DNA from: Amphiscolops sp. MND2022
Lineage: Eukaryota
NCBI GenBank assembly: GCA_964187785.1
Contig: OZ076409.1
Span: 58,778,001-58,842,000, forward strand
Reading direction: 5' to 3'
DNA length: 64,000 nt
Of the stretch, positions 24,971-38,380 are shown one piece after another (positions within the stretch are counted from its first letter, which is position 1; every line of letters starts with the position of its first letter). The translations under genes were made by a program, and so were the position numbers. The notes beneath the pieces were generated by a model. That model was not told the DNA's origin, did no database searches, and saw only the letters and a list, made by a program, of their open reading frames with translations.

Positions 24971-27900
24971 TCCTTTTCATGGTGTCAATTTGAGTATTTT
25001 CCTGCACTGAAACACATTCTCATGCTAGTGTCTCTGCATATTTGAAAAACTTGCTTTTTGTGAACCCTGAGCGGGGCGCCGAGTTGGGTCGTTCCCGGCT
25101 TCTTAATATTTCCGCGTAAGCTGAAATGTTATAGACATCGTAAATGTGATTTTTAAGACTCCATTTACCGACCCGTCTTGTTAGTCAAATGACTCGCGAT
25201 ACTCCAAGATTTTAGTTAGTTTATTCACGTTGAAAACTTACAAAACGACATTCAAGTTTGTTTCCTAAAATCAGTTTGTTATCTCAAGCAACGAAATTGG
25301 AGTTGTCAATTGGAGTGATAGTTCCATTGGAAGAAGAGTTTTCAAATATTCTTCAACAATGGAATGTGCTAAAAGTTTCCATGAGTTGGAATGTCATAAC
25401 AAAAAGGTTACTTTAACTTTGTCGCACTCATTGGATTTCATTTTTCTGACATCACATTTCGGTTGCTTCTCCGAAATAGAAAATGTCAAAATTGTAAATG
25501 GTGCAAAGAAAGATGACATGTTCAGGTTTTCTGGTTTGCAACTATTTCGAGACTTTTGAGATTTGAAACTCCTAACAAAAAAATTACGAGCACCATCCTC
25601 TGAAGACCTCCCTGATTAAAAAACGATTGCAGGCATCCCACAAAAAATTGCCAATCTTGTGAGACGTTTCACATGAACGTTTTCCTAGCGATATCTTGTA
25701 AAGGATGGTATATGATTCTTGCAAGATTCCTTCAACATTTTCAACATCTTGCAAAGCAATCATTGTCAATTTTTAGGGGTTAGTTTGTATGCAGTTATTA
25801 AATACATCTTATCAAATTGTGACTATCATTCATTTGGTTGCAGAATGCATTCGGCTGCTGTGATATACTTTGCACTGGTATTTGGATCACTCTGGAGAAG
25901 TACTCCGGGCGGTGACGTCAGACTGTGGGCGTGCAACCGAGCACAAGGTGCCTGGATTGGAAATCAATATTTTGATTGAAAACGCTCCAAACTATTCTTG
26001 ACCCTAAATGGACGACGGTACGATTTCGTACCAGTTACTTTCTGCATTATTCTGGAGGCACCAGTTGACCGTATGGTAATGAAAACTAGTGAATAAAATT
26101 TTCAGACAATTTCACATAGCATTGCTCGCCTTTTAACCTAATATTGATTGATGTCTCCAAAAGTGAGAGAACGAGACCGACAAATCAAAAAATAGAGCGC
26201 AGTATTTCCTTTTTTTTCAAGTTTTCGTTTGTGGCCACTTTATCCCACTGGTATCAAGATTGGTTTTCAAAGACGCTGTTTTCAAACACGCTGAAATGTA
26301 GTCAGAGGCACGAAGACCAGTGCGGAGGACTTCGCGCAAAAAAAATTGCGCGCAAGGGGCCCGCACTAGCGGGCCCCAGCCCAGCAGTTCAAAAAGTAAA
26401 TTGGAAGCCCTGATTGCCTTCTTTCGAACGCGCTATAAATCGCTTGTCGGACTCGAGAAAGTTTATTTCCCCAACTCCGCGGGGTGGACGTCGAAAAAGC
26501 AGTTCTGCTTTTCTAAGTCGGCGCCCTTTCGGATACTATCTCCCCATAGCAAGCTATGGTACCATATTTGCAGCCAAATGGTCAAGCGATGGAGGACTTG
26601 AAGCTGTGGATTCAGAATGACTTGCTCAAGGTCACAAAGGTCTGACTGCTCACCGTTGCTCTTTATATTTTGCTTTTCTCCGCCAAATGCGTTATTTTTT
26701 GTCACTGAACATACCACTAAGCTAGGGATGAAAGACTTGCTCAAGGCCCAACAATGGTGAGTTGAGAGAGATTCGAACCTGATACCGCCGCCCCAGTACA
26801 GGCCGAATGCCTGACCACTACGCCATGCTCCCCCTTGTTTAGTTCAGGAGATATTGCGGTTTAAAATTGAAGCACCAGATGTTTGGATGGATCCGGAAAC
26901 TTACTCGTCCATTTAGGGTTAAAAAAGCGTTGCCAGGTTGTGATGAAGGTAATTTCACCAGTGTGAATGTTAATTGACTAAACTGTATCCAGATCCAACG
27001 CTTGTCCAAAGTCTGCAAATGCCACCGCTCAGCAACAAATCTATTTTCTTTTCACAGCGCTTAGAGTTCACTTTCTGATCACAATTAAAACAACTGTCGT
27101 AACGGCAACTGTCGACCCATCGAAATTTTGACGGGGCTGCCCGGCGAGGCGACAAGCGAGAGAGACGTAGCAGTTTGAAAGACCGCGGTTTCAAACCACG
27201 GTGTTTTGCCATACAATGGGACATTATCGTGACTTTTGGTAGCGAAACCCTCTGACCATGAATGCAGCTTGAAGTAATTGCCGGTGTACAGACGACCTTA
27301 CTTTCCACATGGACTACGCTATCGTAATTCGATGTACTAATTGGTATTTGTATCATGTTTAGATTAATATGCTCAAGAGCTATTGTTGGAATTCGTTATT
27401 TCTTGTTTGATTAGATTTCCCCTCTTTGGATCGATGGATACCACGATAAACACGGGGCACGATAAAGACGGAGCACCGGCTTGAGAAGAATTTGAAGGGG
27501 GTCGTCAGGGCCCGCAAACAGAAAGCCAGTCACCTGCCAAGAGAGCACAGCCCAGTGAACTGGCACAGCGCCCCACTGGACCTGGACGGCAGACCAATCA
27601 GGTTGCCGTGGTCGGCCGATGTTCTCCGGAAAATAGTTAGAACTAGCCTGCGAGCTAGCCCTCACTGTGACCCGGCTTACATTTGTAAGTGCATCCAGAT
27701 TCCCAATAGGGTCTGGAATGAACTCATTAGTTATCCCCGCGCCCACCCACTGGCTCGTGGAAAAGAATACCTCAACACCTTGCAGTACCTTGATTTTGCA
27801 CGAGTGCATCAGTGGATCGAACCCGCAGCCCAGGTAAGGCATAGCAATCTGTCGCCGTGGTTCGTGCCAGTACCGTATGAGCTCTTTTGGAAGCAGCAAT

Positions 27901-30900
27901 AAAAATGACTATGTCAGGAGACATGTCCCTGGTCTTCCACGACATCTTTAACCCTGTGTTGGGCCAGGAACTGCCCGAGGAATGGGAAGGTTACCGTTTA
28001 AACGTGGAAGTAACTGGCTTCGATGATTGGAAACGAGCCTGCGAGCTCTAGCGACAACCTGCATGGGTGTCGAAGCGAATGTCGCCGGCAGCCGTCAGCG
28101 GGGAAGAGAACAACCGCCTAACCAACGTGGATCTGATGCGGCCCCCAACTCTGATGAGAGCCACATGACACTTGGAAGTCCTTTTGCTATTTTTGAGCCT
28201 TGGATATGGCGCCGACTTGGGCCGGTCCCGGGTTGTTCCTTTTCATGGTGTCAATTTGAGTATTTTCCTGCACTGAAACACATTCTCATGCTAGTGTCTC
28301 TGCATATTTGAAAAACTTGCTTTTTGTGAACCCTGAGCGGGGCGCCGAGTTGGGTCGTTCCCGGCTTCTTAATATTTCCGCGTAAGCTGAAATGTTATAG
28401 ACATCGTAAATGTGATTTTTAAGACTCCATTTACCGACCCGTCTTGTTAGTCAAATGACTCGCGATACTCCAAGATTTTAGTTAGTTTATTCACGTTGAA
28501 AACTTACAAAACGACATTCAAGTTTGTTTCCTAAAATCAGTTTGTTATCTCAAGCAACGAAATTGGAGTTGTCAATTGGAGTGATAGTTCCATTGGAAGA
28601 AGAGTTTTCAAATATTCTTCAACAATTGAATGTGCTAAAAGTTTCCATGAGTTGGAATGTCATAACAAAAAGGTTACTTTAACTTTGTCGCACTCATTGG
28701 ATTTCATTTTTCTGACATCACATTTCGGTTGCTTCTCCGAAATAGAAAATGTCAAAATTGTAAATGGTGCAAAGAAAGATGACATGTTCAGGTTTTCTGG
28801 TTTGCAACTATTTCGAGACTTTTGAGATTTGAAACTCCTAACAAAAAAATTACGAGCACCATCCTCTGAAGACCTCCCTGATTAAAAAACGATTGCAGGC
28901 ATCCCACAAAAAATTGCCAATCTTGTGAGACGTTTCACATGAACGTTTTCCTAGCGATATCTTGTAAAGGATGGTATATGATTCTTGCAAGATTCCTTCA
29001 ACATTTTCAACATCTTGCAAAGCAATCATTGTCAATTTTTAGGGGTTAGTTTGTATGCAGTTATTAAATACATCTTATCAAATTGTGACTATCATTCATT
29101 TGGTTGCAGAATGCATTCGGCTGCTGTGATATACTTTGCACTGGTATTTGGATCACTCTGGAGAAGTACTCCGGGCGGTGACGTCAGACTGTGGGCGTGC
29201 AACCGAGCACAAGGTGCCTGGATTGGAAATCAATATTTTGATTGAAAACGCTCCAAACTATTCTTGACCCTAAATGGACGACGGTACGATTTCGTACCAG
29301 TTACTTTCTGCATTATTCTGGAGGCACCAGTTGACCGTATGGTAATGAAAACTAGTGAATAAAATTTTCAGACAATTTCACATAGCATTGCTCGCCTTTT
29401 AACCTAATATTGATTGATGTCTCCAAAAGTGAGAGAACGAGACCGACAAATCAAAAAATAGAGCGCAGTATTTCCTTTTTTTTCAAGTTTTCGTTTGTGG
29501 CCACTTTATCCCACTGGTATCAAGATTGGTTTTCAAAGACGCTGTTTTCAAACACGCTGAAATGTAGTCAGAGGCACGAAGACCAGTGCGGAGGACTTCG
29601 CGCAAAAAAAATTGCGCGCAAGGGGCCCGCACTAGCGGGCCCCAGCCCAGCAGTTCAAAAAGTAAATTGGAAGCCCTGATTGCCTTCTTTCGAACGCGCT
29701 ATAAATCGCTTGTCGGACTCGAGAAAGTTTATTTCCCCAACTCCGCGGGGTGGACGTCGAAAAAGCAGTTCTGCTTTTCTAAGTCGGCGCCCTTTCGGAT
29801 ACTATCTCCCCATAGCAAGCTATGGTACCATATTTGCAGCCAAATGGTCAAGCAATGGAGGACTTGAAGCTGTGGATTCAGAATGACTTGCTCAAGGTCA
29901 CAAAGGTCTGACTGCTCACCGTTGCTCTTTATATTTTGCTTTTCTCCGCCAAATGCGTTATTTTTTGTCACTGAACATACCACTAAGCTAGGGATGAAAG
30001 ACTTGCTCAAGGCCCAACAATGGTGAGTTGAGAGAGATTCGAACCTGATACCGCCGCCCCAGTACAGGCCGAATGCCTGACCACTACGCCATGCTCCCCC
30101 TTGTTTAGTTCAGGAGATATTGCGGTTTAAAATTGAAGCACCAGATGTTTGGATGGATCCGGAAACTTACTCGTCCATTTAGGGTTAAAAAAGCGTTGCC
30201 AGGTTGTGATGAAGGTAATTTCACCAGTGTGAATGTTAATTGACTAAACTGTATCCAGATCCAACGCTTGTCCAAAGTCTGCAAATGCCACCGCTCAGCA
30301 ACAAATCTATTTTCTTTTCACAGCGCTTAGAGTTCACTTTCTGATCACAATTAAAACAACTGTCGTAACGGCAACTGTCGACCCATCGAAATTTTGACGG
30401 GGCTGCCCGGCGAGGCGACAAGCGAGAGAGACGTAGCAGTTTGAAAGACCGCGGTTTCAAACCACGGTGTTTTGCCATACAATGGGACATTATCGTGACT
30501 TTTGGTAGCGAAACCCTCTGACCATGAATGCAGCTTGAAGTAATTGCCGGTGTACAGACGACCTTACTTTCCACATGGACTACGCTATCGTAATTCGATG
30601 TACTAATTGGTATTTGTATCATGTTTAGATTAATATGCTCAAGAGCTATTGTTGGAATTCGTTATTTCTTGTTTGATTAGATTTCCCCTCTTTGGATCGA
30701 TGGATACCACGATAAACACGGGGCACGATAAAGACGGAGCACCGGCTTGAGAAGAATTTGAAGGGGGTCGTCAGGGCCCGCAAACAGAAAGCCAGTCACC
30801 TGCCAAGAGAGCACAGCCCATTGAACTGGCACAGCGCCCCACTGGACCTGGACGGCAGACCAATCAGGTTGCCGTGGTCGGCCGATGTTCTCCGGAAAAT

Positions 30901-31428
30901 AGTTAGAACTAGCCTGCGAGCTAGCCCTCACTGTGACCCGGCTTACATTTGTAAGTGCATCCAGATTCCCAATAGGGTCTGGAATGAACTCATTAGTTAT
31001 CCCCGCGCCCACCCACTGGCTCGTGGAAAAGAATACCTCAACACCTTGCAGTACCTTGATTTTGCACGAGTGCATCAGTGGATCGAACCCGCAGCCCAGG
31101 TAAGGCATAGCAATCTGTCGCCGTGGTTCGTGCCAGTACCGTATGAGCTCTTTTGGAAGCAGCAATAAAAATGACTATGTCAGGAGACATGTCCCTGGTC
31201 TTCCACGACATCTTTAACCCTGTGTTGGGCCAGGAACTGCCCGAGGAATGGGAGGGTTACCGTTTAAACGTGGAAGTAACTGGCTTCGATGATTGGAAAC
31301 GAGCCTGCGAGCTCTAGCGACAACCTGCATGGGTGTCGAAGCGAATGTCGCCGGCAGCCGTCAGCGGGGAAGAGAACAACCGCCTAACCAACGTGGATCT
31401 GATGCGGCCCCCAACTCTGATGAGAGCC
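24900..31428 (+). repeat. 3266-bp-period tandem duplication (24900-28162, 28166-31428)
   Basis: All ORFs recur with offset 3266; only four substitutions spotted by eye; 3-nt ACA filler at the junction. Confidence 0.98.
26700..26834 (-). mobile_element. tRNA-derived SINE (duplicate at 29966-30100)
   Basis: Minus strand GGGGAGCA-TGGCGTAGTGG (A box)...GGTTCGAATC (B box), then GGCCTTGAGCAAGTC, resembling the CCTTGRGCAAG motif of CORE/V-type SINE bodies; no acceptor-stem pairing, so not a tRNA gene. Confidence 0.7.
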
Positions 31429-32404
31429 TTCGAGAAATCCCATTTCAACAAAACCTTGAGCAGACTGCTACCGAGCAGTCATGAGAGCATCCTTCTGAAC
31501 TGACACCCAATGCTGCTATGGTAGACCCAATTGATAACATTACATCGACAGGGTTACTGAAACCCTTGTGCCTTCGGAGCAAGGAAGAGCCTCAGTGGGT
31601 GATCAGTACGCCAATGAGACTCATGAACAAGCCGGGAGCAAATTGGCCGTGTAATAAACCTCAGGAAAGAGAAAACGGGTGAGTCCGCGTGCTCATCTAG
31701 GCACAACGAAAAGTGACATAAGATGAAATTGATGACATTTTAAGTTGCCTAACTATCTGGTACTACGATGTGCAGTTTTAGTTTTGTTTCTTTGTTTAGT
31801 TATAGCTAGGAATATGTAGTAATTACCGTGGGTGAATTGCATAGAGTGCGCCTGCCTCGCGTAGTAATTTTGAAGAGAAATAAACTATGGGATTCAAAAA
31901 ACAACCATGCAAACTACCATTTTTTGTTGCGTAACTTCGCAAACGATGTCCCGGCCGAAAAGAACGAAAAATTGTTATGACTAAAGTTTAGCTGTAATCT
32001 ACTGTCATGTGAACTCTGTCGCTTGCTCTTACAGTAGTGTAGCCTGTTAGCTCCCATAAAAGTCTGTAAACGCTTGAAAACTGCAGGAGAAGAACAAAAC
32101 AAACGGCAGAAAAAAGGTTGTTTGTAGAAGGCAACAGTCGCAAGTTCTTGCTGCTTGCTCTGAACAAAAACCCAAGCTCTCGAGCTGGTGCTAAAACGTC
32201 GTCTTTATTGGAAAAAAAACGAAGTCCTAAAATTGTACCGGTAAGATCTCAGAAAGTACAACCCAAAAAGCAGAAAGAAAATAAGGACTAATAGTCCTTG
32301 TTCTTCGACGTTTGATAATGGACCCACAGCGTCAAGAGAAGCCATCAATTTCCTGGACGAGGTCCTGCGATGCTTGCGAGACGAAAAGCTAGAAGCACGG
32401 GGCT

Positions 32405-32861
32405 TGGGGTAACAGCAACTTTCAACACATTGAAATATTGACTGGTATCCAAAAACTCGTTCAAAATTGACGTAAGCAATGTTTCGTTCAAGTACCTGTC
32501 AGCAGAAAAGCAGTGCAAGACGCAGAAAAAGGCGGTTATCTTCACCTTTGTTAGCGAAACGCTCTTACCTTGATTGCCGGTGCCCCAGAGAATTGTCCAG
32601 CTCGCGCGCCGGGTGTGCAGACGACCTTACCGTCCACGTGGATTGCGTGAATTTGATGTACTATTCGGTATTTGTTTCATGTTTAGATTATTGTTTTCGG
32701 GAGCTATCGATGAAATTCGTTATTTCTTGGTTTATTACGTTTCCTATTCTTGGATTGAATCCAGAAATTCAGCAACCCAGTTCGTAGAGCCTTTTTCTGC
32801 GGTGGTTGTCAGAGAAAGCATAATACCCAGAGAAAGCAGTAATAGACCGGATCCTCGCCAC
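32405..32861 (+). mobile_element. Probable LTR-like repeat; diverged partial copies at ~27095-27410 and ~30361-30676
   Basis: Shared block GTG(C/T)(A)CAGACGACCTTAC...GATGTACTA...GGTATTTGT(T/A)TCATGTTTAGATTA...AATTCGTTATTTCTTG; ends in CA. The repeat is seen directly; the LTR call is inference. Confidence 0.45.
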
Positions 32862-33014
32862 AGCGTCCTTTTAGACAGTTTCTCCTACTCCTTACAGGCC
32901 TTCATGGGATGAAAATGAGCTAGTGTTTGAAACAGTCTAGTCCCGGCCGCATACGTTTTGTAGACTAGTTTCTCCATCTACTGTAGGTAGCAAGCTATGC
33001 TAATGCTTGTCGTT

Positions 33015-33850
33015 ACATATCTAAGGCTAAAAACTAGCAAAAGGTCTTCAAAGTGTCAAGTATTCTTTTACCATACCTGAAAAACCCAAAAGTTGATCGA
33101 ATTGGCGCGCGCGAAAAGGGGACCCTTTGGGGTGAAAAAAAGCTTCGAATCAAAGTCTCACAATGCTGAAAAAATTGAAGGTTTGATGCCCTTTCGGGAA
33201 AAATTTTGGAAGAAAAGTCTCACGATGCCGAACATATCTGAAAGGGGACCATTTAGTCTCACCCGGTCTTGTATGTTACGCGGAAAAAACGAAAAATCTT
33301 TTTGGTTCAGCTCGCTAGGCCAAATGGTTCGATTTGACACCATAAATTTTCGTAGAACTTTCAAGAACTATTTTGAAGCTGAAATCACTGAAGTTGCAAT
33401 TCTAATCAAAGGCGTTCTTTTATTAGTCGGCGCTTCATGAAGAGAAACGCGATTATTATAGTGACTCTTTTTGTTCAATCCACACGAACTAACCAATATG
33501 GTTCTTGAAAGTTCTACGAAATTTTTTGGTCCCAAATTGAATCATTTGGTCGAGCGAACTGAACCAAAAAAGTTTTTTTTCCTCTTTTTCCGCGTAACAT
33601 ACAATACCGGGTACGACTAAAGGGCCCCTACAAAAGTCGGCATTGTGAGACTTCAATTCGAAAAAAATCACCAGAGGGTCCCCCTTCAATTTTTCGATTT
33701 TTTGCAACAATTGATAACGGGCCCCCGGCGCGCAAATTGGGTCCAACGCTTTGGATTTTTCAGGTACTATAGAAGAGAATACTTTGAGACTTTGAAGTCT
33801 TTTTGCTATTTTTGAGCCTAGATATTTTGAGCTAGATATGGCGCCGTCTT
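33015..33850. mobile_element. Two HINE/DINE-like copies back to back (33015-33375 minus, partial; 33424-33850 plus)
   Basis: Same termini (AGTCGGCGCTTC; GATATGGCGCCG) and GGGTCCCC units as the other copies; the plus copy lacks its 3' hairpin. Confidence 0.7.
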
Positions 33851-35095
33851 CATCAAATTTTATTCAAACTATCAACTTTTATCAGCTTTCAACTTGTTAT
33901 CTTTGGTTTGTAACAATTGGTAAAGTTGCATCAAAGTGGGTAGCATGTTTTCATCTTCCACTTTTCTAAAGTCTAATTCCCAATCCTGGTCGAACAGGTG
34001 GCCCTGGAAGCGTGACAGAAGCGATGAAACAGCAAAAAGTAGAAATGGAAAAGTGGTACGAAGTTTGTATGCATGCAAGTAAACGCGGAACAGCCGAAGC
34101 GAATGAATGCATTAAAAAAATGAAGGCAGGACAAAATGCCCCTCCTGAAGTGAAGGAGAAGGCTGTGCAAAATGCAAAACGAGAGGCCTTGTGTTGTCTA
34201 CAGAAATGCGCGAGACATGTTCCTCCACATCTTTTACCCGGGCGTACTACCCGTCCGGTAAAAGGACCCAAAGAGCCAGGAATCGTCATAAGGACTCCAG
34301 GTCCCGATGCTCTTGGTAAGCAAAACTTTCCAAACAATGTGGAAATCTTACTTCACCGAAAAAAAAATAATTCACAAAATTCTGTCAAAATTCTTGTAGA
34401 GCGTTGGCAACCATGCTTTTTTTGCAAGGTTGATGGATTAATGGCATTTGTTACAAGGTTTCGTTTTCTTAACTAAAATCTACGTTTGATCATTGAATCT
34501 AGGCATCTTATTTGTTCCCATAAATAAATTTGGAGCTTGTTCAAAAGCAACATTTTTGCTGTTTGTTGAACAATTCAAAGGGTTTTTGTGATACAAGAGT
34601 GAAAAACCCGGAACCATTTCCAATCGTTGTCGTCAGGTTTCCAAAACAAAAACATGACGCCATTAGAAAAAAAAACGGAAAAAATGTGCCGAGGAAAAGT
34701 TTGTGAAAAAAATATTGTTAGAGGTTTGAAGTAAAGTCTAAAGAAGAGAAATAAGCTTGCACTTTGACGATAGTCGCCAAAAGAACTAGATCAGGAAAAC
34801 TTATTGAACAAGTGGTGCTGTACCAATTGCCAAGTCGCTGTTGACTAGCTAGGTACCTCCTACATGCTTTGTTAGAATAGCCCAGTACTTATTATGTAAG
34901 CAACTACTTTCAGGTCAAAGTACCGACGAGCCCCTTGTTCCTTCTGATGAGAATGATGACGATTATAACCTCCTCGATGACGATGACGATAAGACGACTG
35001 CTTCCGACGCTGATAACGTCACTCCGTTACGAGTTTATGCGTTAATTTGTCATTCAACCTTGCTTGTGATTGGTCAATTGTCCTTAATCACCTAA
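33850..35095 (+). CDS. Unknown small secreted, probably GPI-anchored protein; exons ?-33919, 33972-34315, 34914-35095; start codon unresolved
   Basis: Two GT-AG introns (52 and 598 nt) with compatible phases (2, then 1) give one open frame ...LLSAFNLLSLVCNNC-LIPNPGRTGG...CCLQKCARH...GPDAL-GQSTDEPLV...DDDDDKTTASDADNVTPLRVYALICHSTLLVIGQLSLIT*; AATAAA at 35360-35365. Confidence 0.7.
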
Positions 35096-38000
35096 ACATC
35101 TGATTGGCCAGTGCTTCTCCAAGTCAATCGTGATTGGTGGAACTTTACAGCTGACTGGTTCAAAGAATGAGGGCTTGAAGAGTGAGCTTGACGATCCAGA
35201 ACATTCTTTTGTCGCGGCCATGGGAATCATTCCTGATCGTCGGCGTAAATGGTGAACGAGCCCAATTCAGTATATTTCTGCAACACTTCTGTTTCAACTT
35301 CATGAATTTGTATCAAAAGTTGATTTATATCACTGTATATTTACTTTCTTTGTATTCGAAATAAACGGCTTTTGCTAAGTTTACTCAACCTGATCGGTGA
35401 GCGAGATAGATCACATTTTATTCCTCCATCTTAAACTTTCACGAGAAAACTTAGACATGATGAGATTTTCATAACTCATCAGGTAATTTCACGAAAGGAA
35501 AAATGATCGAGTTAATTTTCACAAGTCTGAGGGTGTACGCCGTGGTAGCAATTCTGCTTTTTCAAGTTGGCTACATTTCAACTACCATTTCTCCAAAGCA
35601 ATCTAATATACCATATATGTCATATATGAAACCAAGGTCTTATGGCTCCTATATTTTTTATTCCACCACGAAAAACGTTATTTTTGTCATGAAGACACAA
35701 CCAAACTACTGAGACGGGCTTGTTTGAGTCCCAAAAACAACGGCAATAAATCAAAATGCAATGTTTCTACAATAATACTACAAGTTACCCTCAAAAATGG
35801 TTATGCATGTAAAGGTATTTTTTCATCAAATCAAGTACCAAAAATGATATGATGAAAAAACATCAAAAATGGGCTCACGACGAAGCGAGTCCGTTATAGC
35901 CTGCAGGCCGTTGAGGTTAATCAAAAAGAATAGATCGAGAGCAATTCAAATGACTTCTCATGAGACCAAACGGTCAAAAGACTCAAGGCGAGAATCGAAC
36001 TCAATATAGGTTGCTTATCAACCTGTTAACAAACTTTACTGGTGCTAACATTTTGTTCAGAGCTTGCGCTCTACTACGGAGTTTAAACTGAGCTGTCAAT
36101 CAAAAAGTGCGAAACGAGTTTCAAAATGGCTTGTGAATTAAAAACTGGGTTTTGGATTTTGACTTCTCAATTTTTACCTCAACTGATTTTTACTGGTCGC
36201 CTAGGAAACTCCCTTTTCAAGCTTTTCACTACTTGTTTCACCATTAGAGCTTTGGGGCATGCATGCTCCGAAAGTGAGACAACTATTCAATTTTACTGCA
36301 CGCATTCTCACACACACCGGAATATAAATCACTAAGCTCTCTCAAAATATTGGACGTTTTGCTAGAAAACGAAGTCAACAATCGAAACATAGAAACGCAT
36401 GCAAAGGTTTACTTGAAAACAAAACTGATTGAAACTTCTTTTTGTCCTTGGCTTCTTTGCTAACCAACAACGACACAGCACGAAAAGTGTAATACGGATG
36501 TCTCAATTCAGGTTTTCCAAAAGCAAGAAATTTCCTTTTCGAACTGAAAATACTATAACAATTGTCCCCATTATGACAGCTTCTAGAATCTGAATTTAGT
36601 GATCGACTATTAACCCTAAATAGCACCGTGGTACGTTTTTGCACCAATTAGGATCTGCGAACTTCTAAAGGCACCAGCTGACTGTATGGTAAAGAAAACT
36701 CTTGTATAAGATTTTCAGACGATATTACATAGCATTGCACGCATTTTCACGGATTGTTGACTTGATGTTTCCAAAATTAAACAACGGGACCAAAACTATC
36801 AAAACAATTGAGCGCGAAACTTCCGTTTTTCCTGTTTTCTTGTGTGGCCACTTTATCCCACTGGAGACAAGATTGGTTCAAAGTGGCCCTAGCATGTTTT
36901 GAAACACGCTGAAACGTAGTCAAAGGCACAAGGTGTGCAAAATTTTGGCGCAAGCCCAGCCAGACCCCCAGCCCAGGTCTTACCTTCGGTTTTTCATCTC
37001 TCTTACTTAGAGCCCGACTACGGCATCTCGTAAGTGGCAACCCGGGAATTTCTAAAAATGGTGCTGTAATGATCAATCAGTTAAACTGACTGTGAGATCT
37101 AAATCTCTAGATTTAAATCTCTAGTCTCAGATCTGGCAATCGATTGGTATATTTTTGACCAACATTTACCCTGACACTGTTTTACCCTAAAAGACTATTA
37201 CTAAATATAGCTAATAAACTATATTTGAGAAACTCATTTGAACGACAAATAGGTAAATTGAAAATAGAGAAAAATAGTGGGAAAAAGGAAAATGCCAAAT
37301 GAAACGTTCTCCATTTTCTTGAAAAAATCACAAAGTTATAGGTTTTTCCAGTCAAGCGTGAAAATAACAGACAACAGAGTGGACTGCATTGCGTTTTTGA
37401 GGAGCGATATTTAATGGAAGTATCAATTAGCATTTCAATATGTATCAATGAAGTATCAATCAAATAGCATTTCTGATTACAATATTTCTTTTTCTAGGTT
37501 TTTTCTTTCATAACAGTCTCATTCAAGTCAAACTCTCTGGTCTTTATGAGATACGCTGGTGTTCTTAGCTCATTAGGATTTGAGGGACTAAAAAATCTAT
37601 CCTCTATAACTGTTAGTTGGTTTTCGGTATTAGATGCGATAGCTTTCTTTACAGGTGCAGTTATTCGATGTGACCACATGAAGAACGGCTCCAGTTTGTG
37701 TTTTTTACTGCTTGAGAAATTTTCTTGCTTGAGCGTATCTCTCTTAACATTGCCTTGAACTTGTTTGACATTCGTTGTTTCGCTTCATCAAGTAATCTTT
37801 GCGTCCAAACAATTTCCTTGTTTTGATTTTGAGACGGTTTTGTAAAGCCCGTTCTTATATCCCTGTTTCAGATTCAGCAGAGGTATCAAAAACAGTTCCA
37901 TTGCCTTGCAGCTCTTCAGTCGCTGATGCAAAGATGTCTATTTACTGGAAAAGAGTCGACTCTCGCCTTGATCTCTTTGTTTTCTTGTTACGCATCATAG

Positions 38001-38380
38001 ATGCTCGTTGATTATAATTAGATGCTCGTTGATTATAACAAGATGAAAAAAGTAGAAAAATACAAAAACAATAAAATGAGTTTTCCAAAGAAAACCATAG
38101 AAAACCTCTTTTGCTTGACTTTAGTGAAGCATTTAAGTTGAAAATATGTTTGATAAGCACAATCAGAGGAGAAAAAATCATTTTATAAGAGTTTCGTAGC
38201 GAAGAAAATGCGAATTGTTTTTTTTCAAATAGTCCTTCAAATATACGGAAATCCAGAAAAGAAAACATTCTTTTTTGTAGGACATGAATTAAGGTCCTTT
38301 TTCAAGGTGTTATGATGTACAGTAATGGCATCAAGATCTGTTTTCAGCCTACTCGATTTAGGAATCGATCTGTAATTTTT

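Noticed and set aside
26750..26834. tRNA gene
   Set aside because: A and B boxes are present but there is no acceptor stem or clean anticodon arm; treated as a SINE head.
27411..28160. 136-162 aa ORFs in a GC-richer segment (duplicated at 30677-31428)
   Set aside because: No recognisable domain or splice-supported structure; lies next to an LTR-like repeat and is probably decayed retroelement interior.
35985..36085. tRNA-like sequence on the minus strand (GAGTTCGATTCTC)
   Set aside because: Only a B-box-like motif with abnormal spacing; cannot be folded into a cloverleaf.
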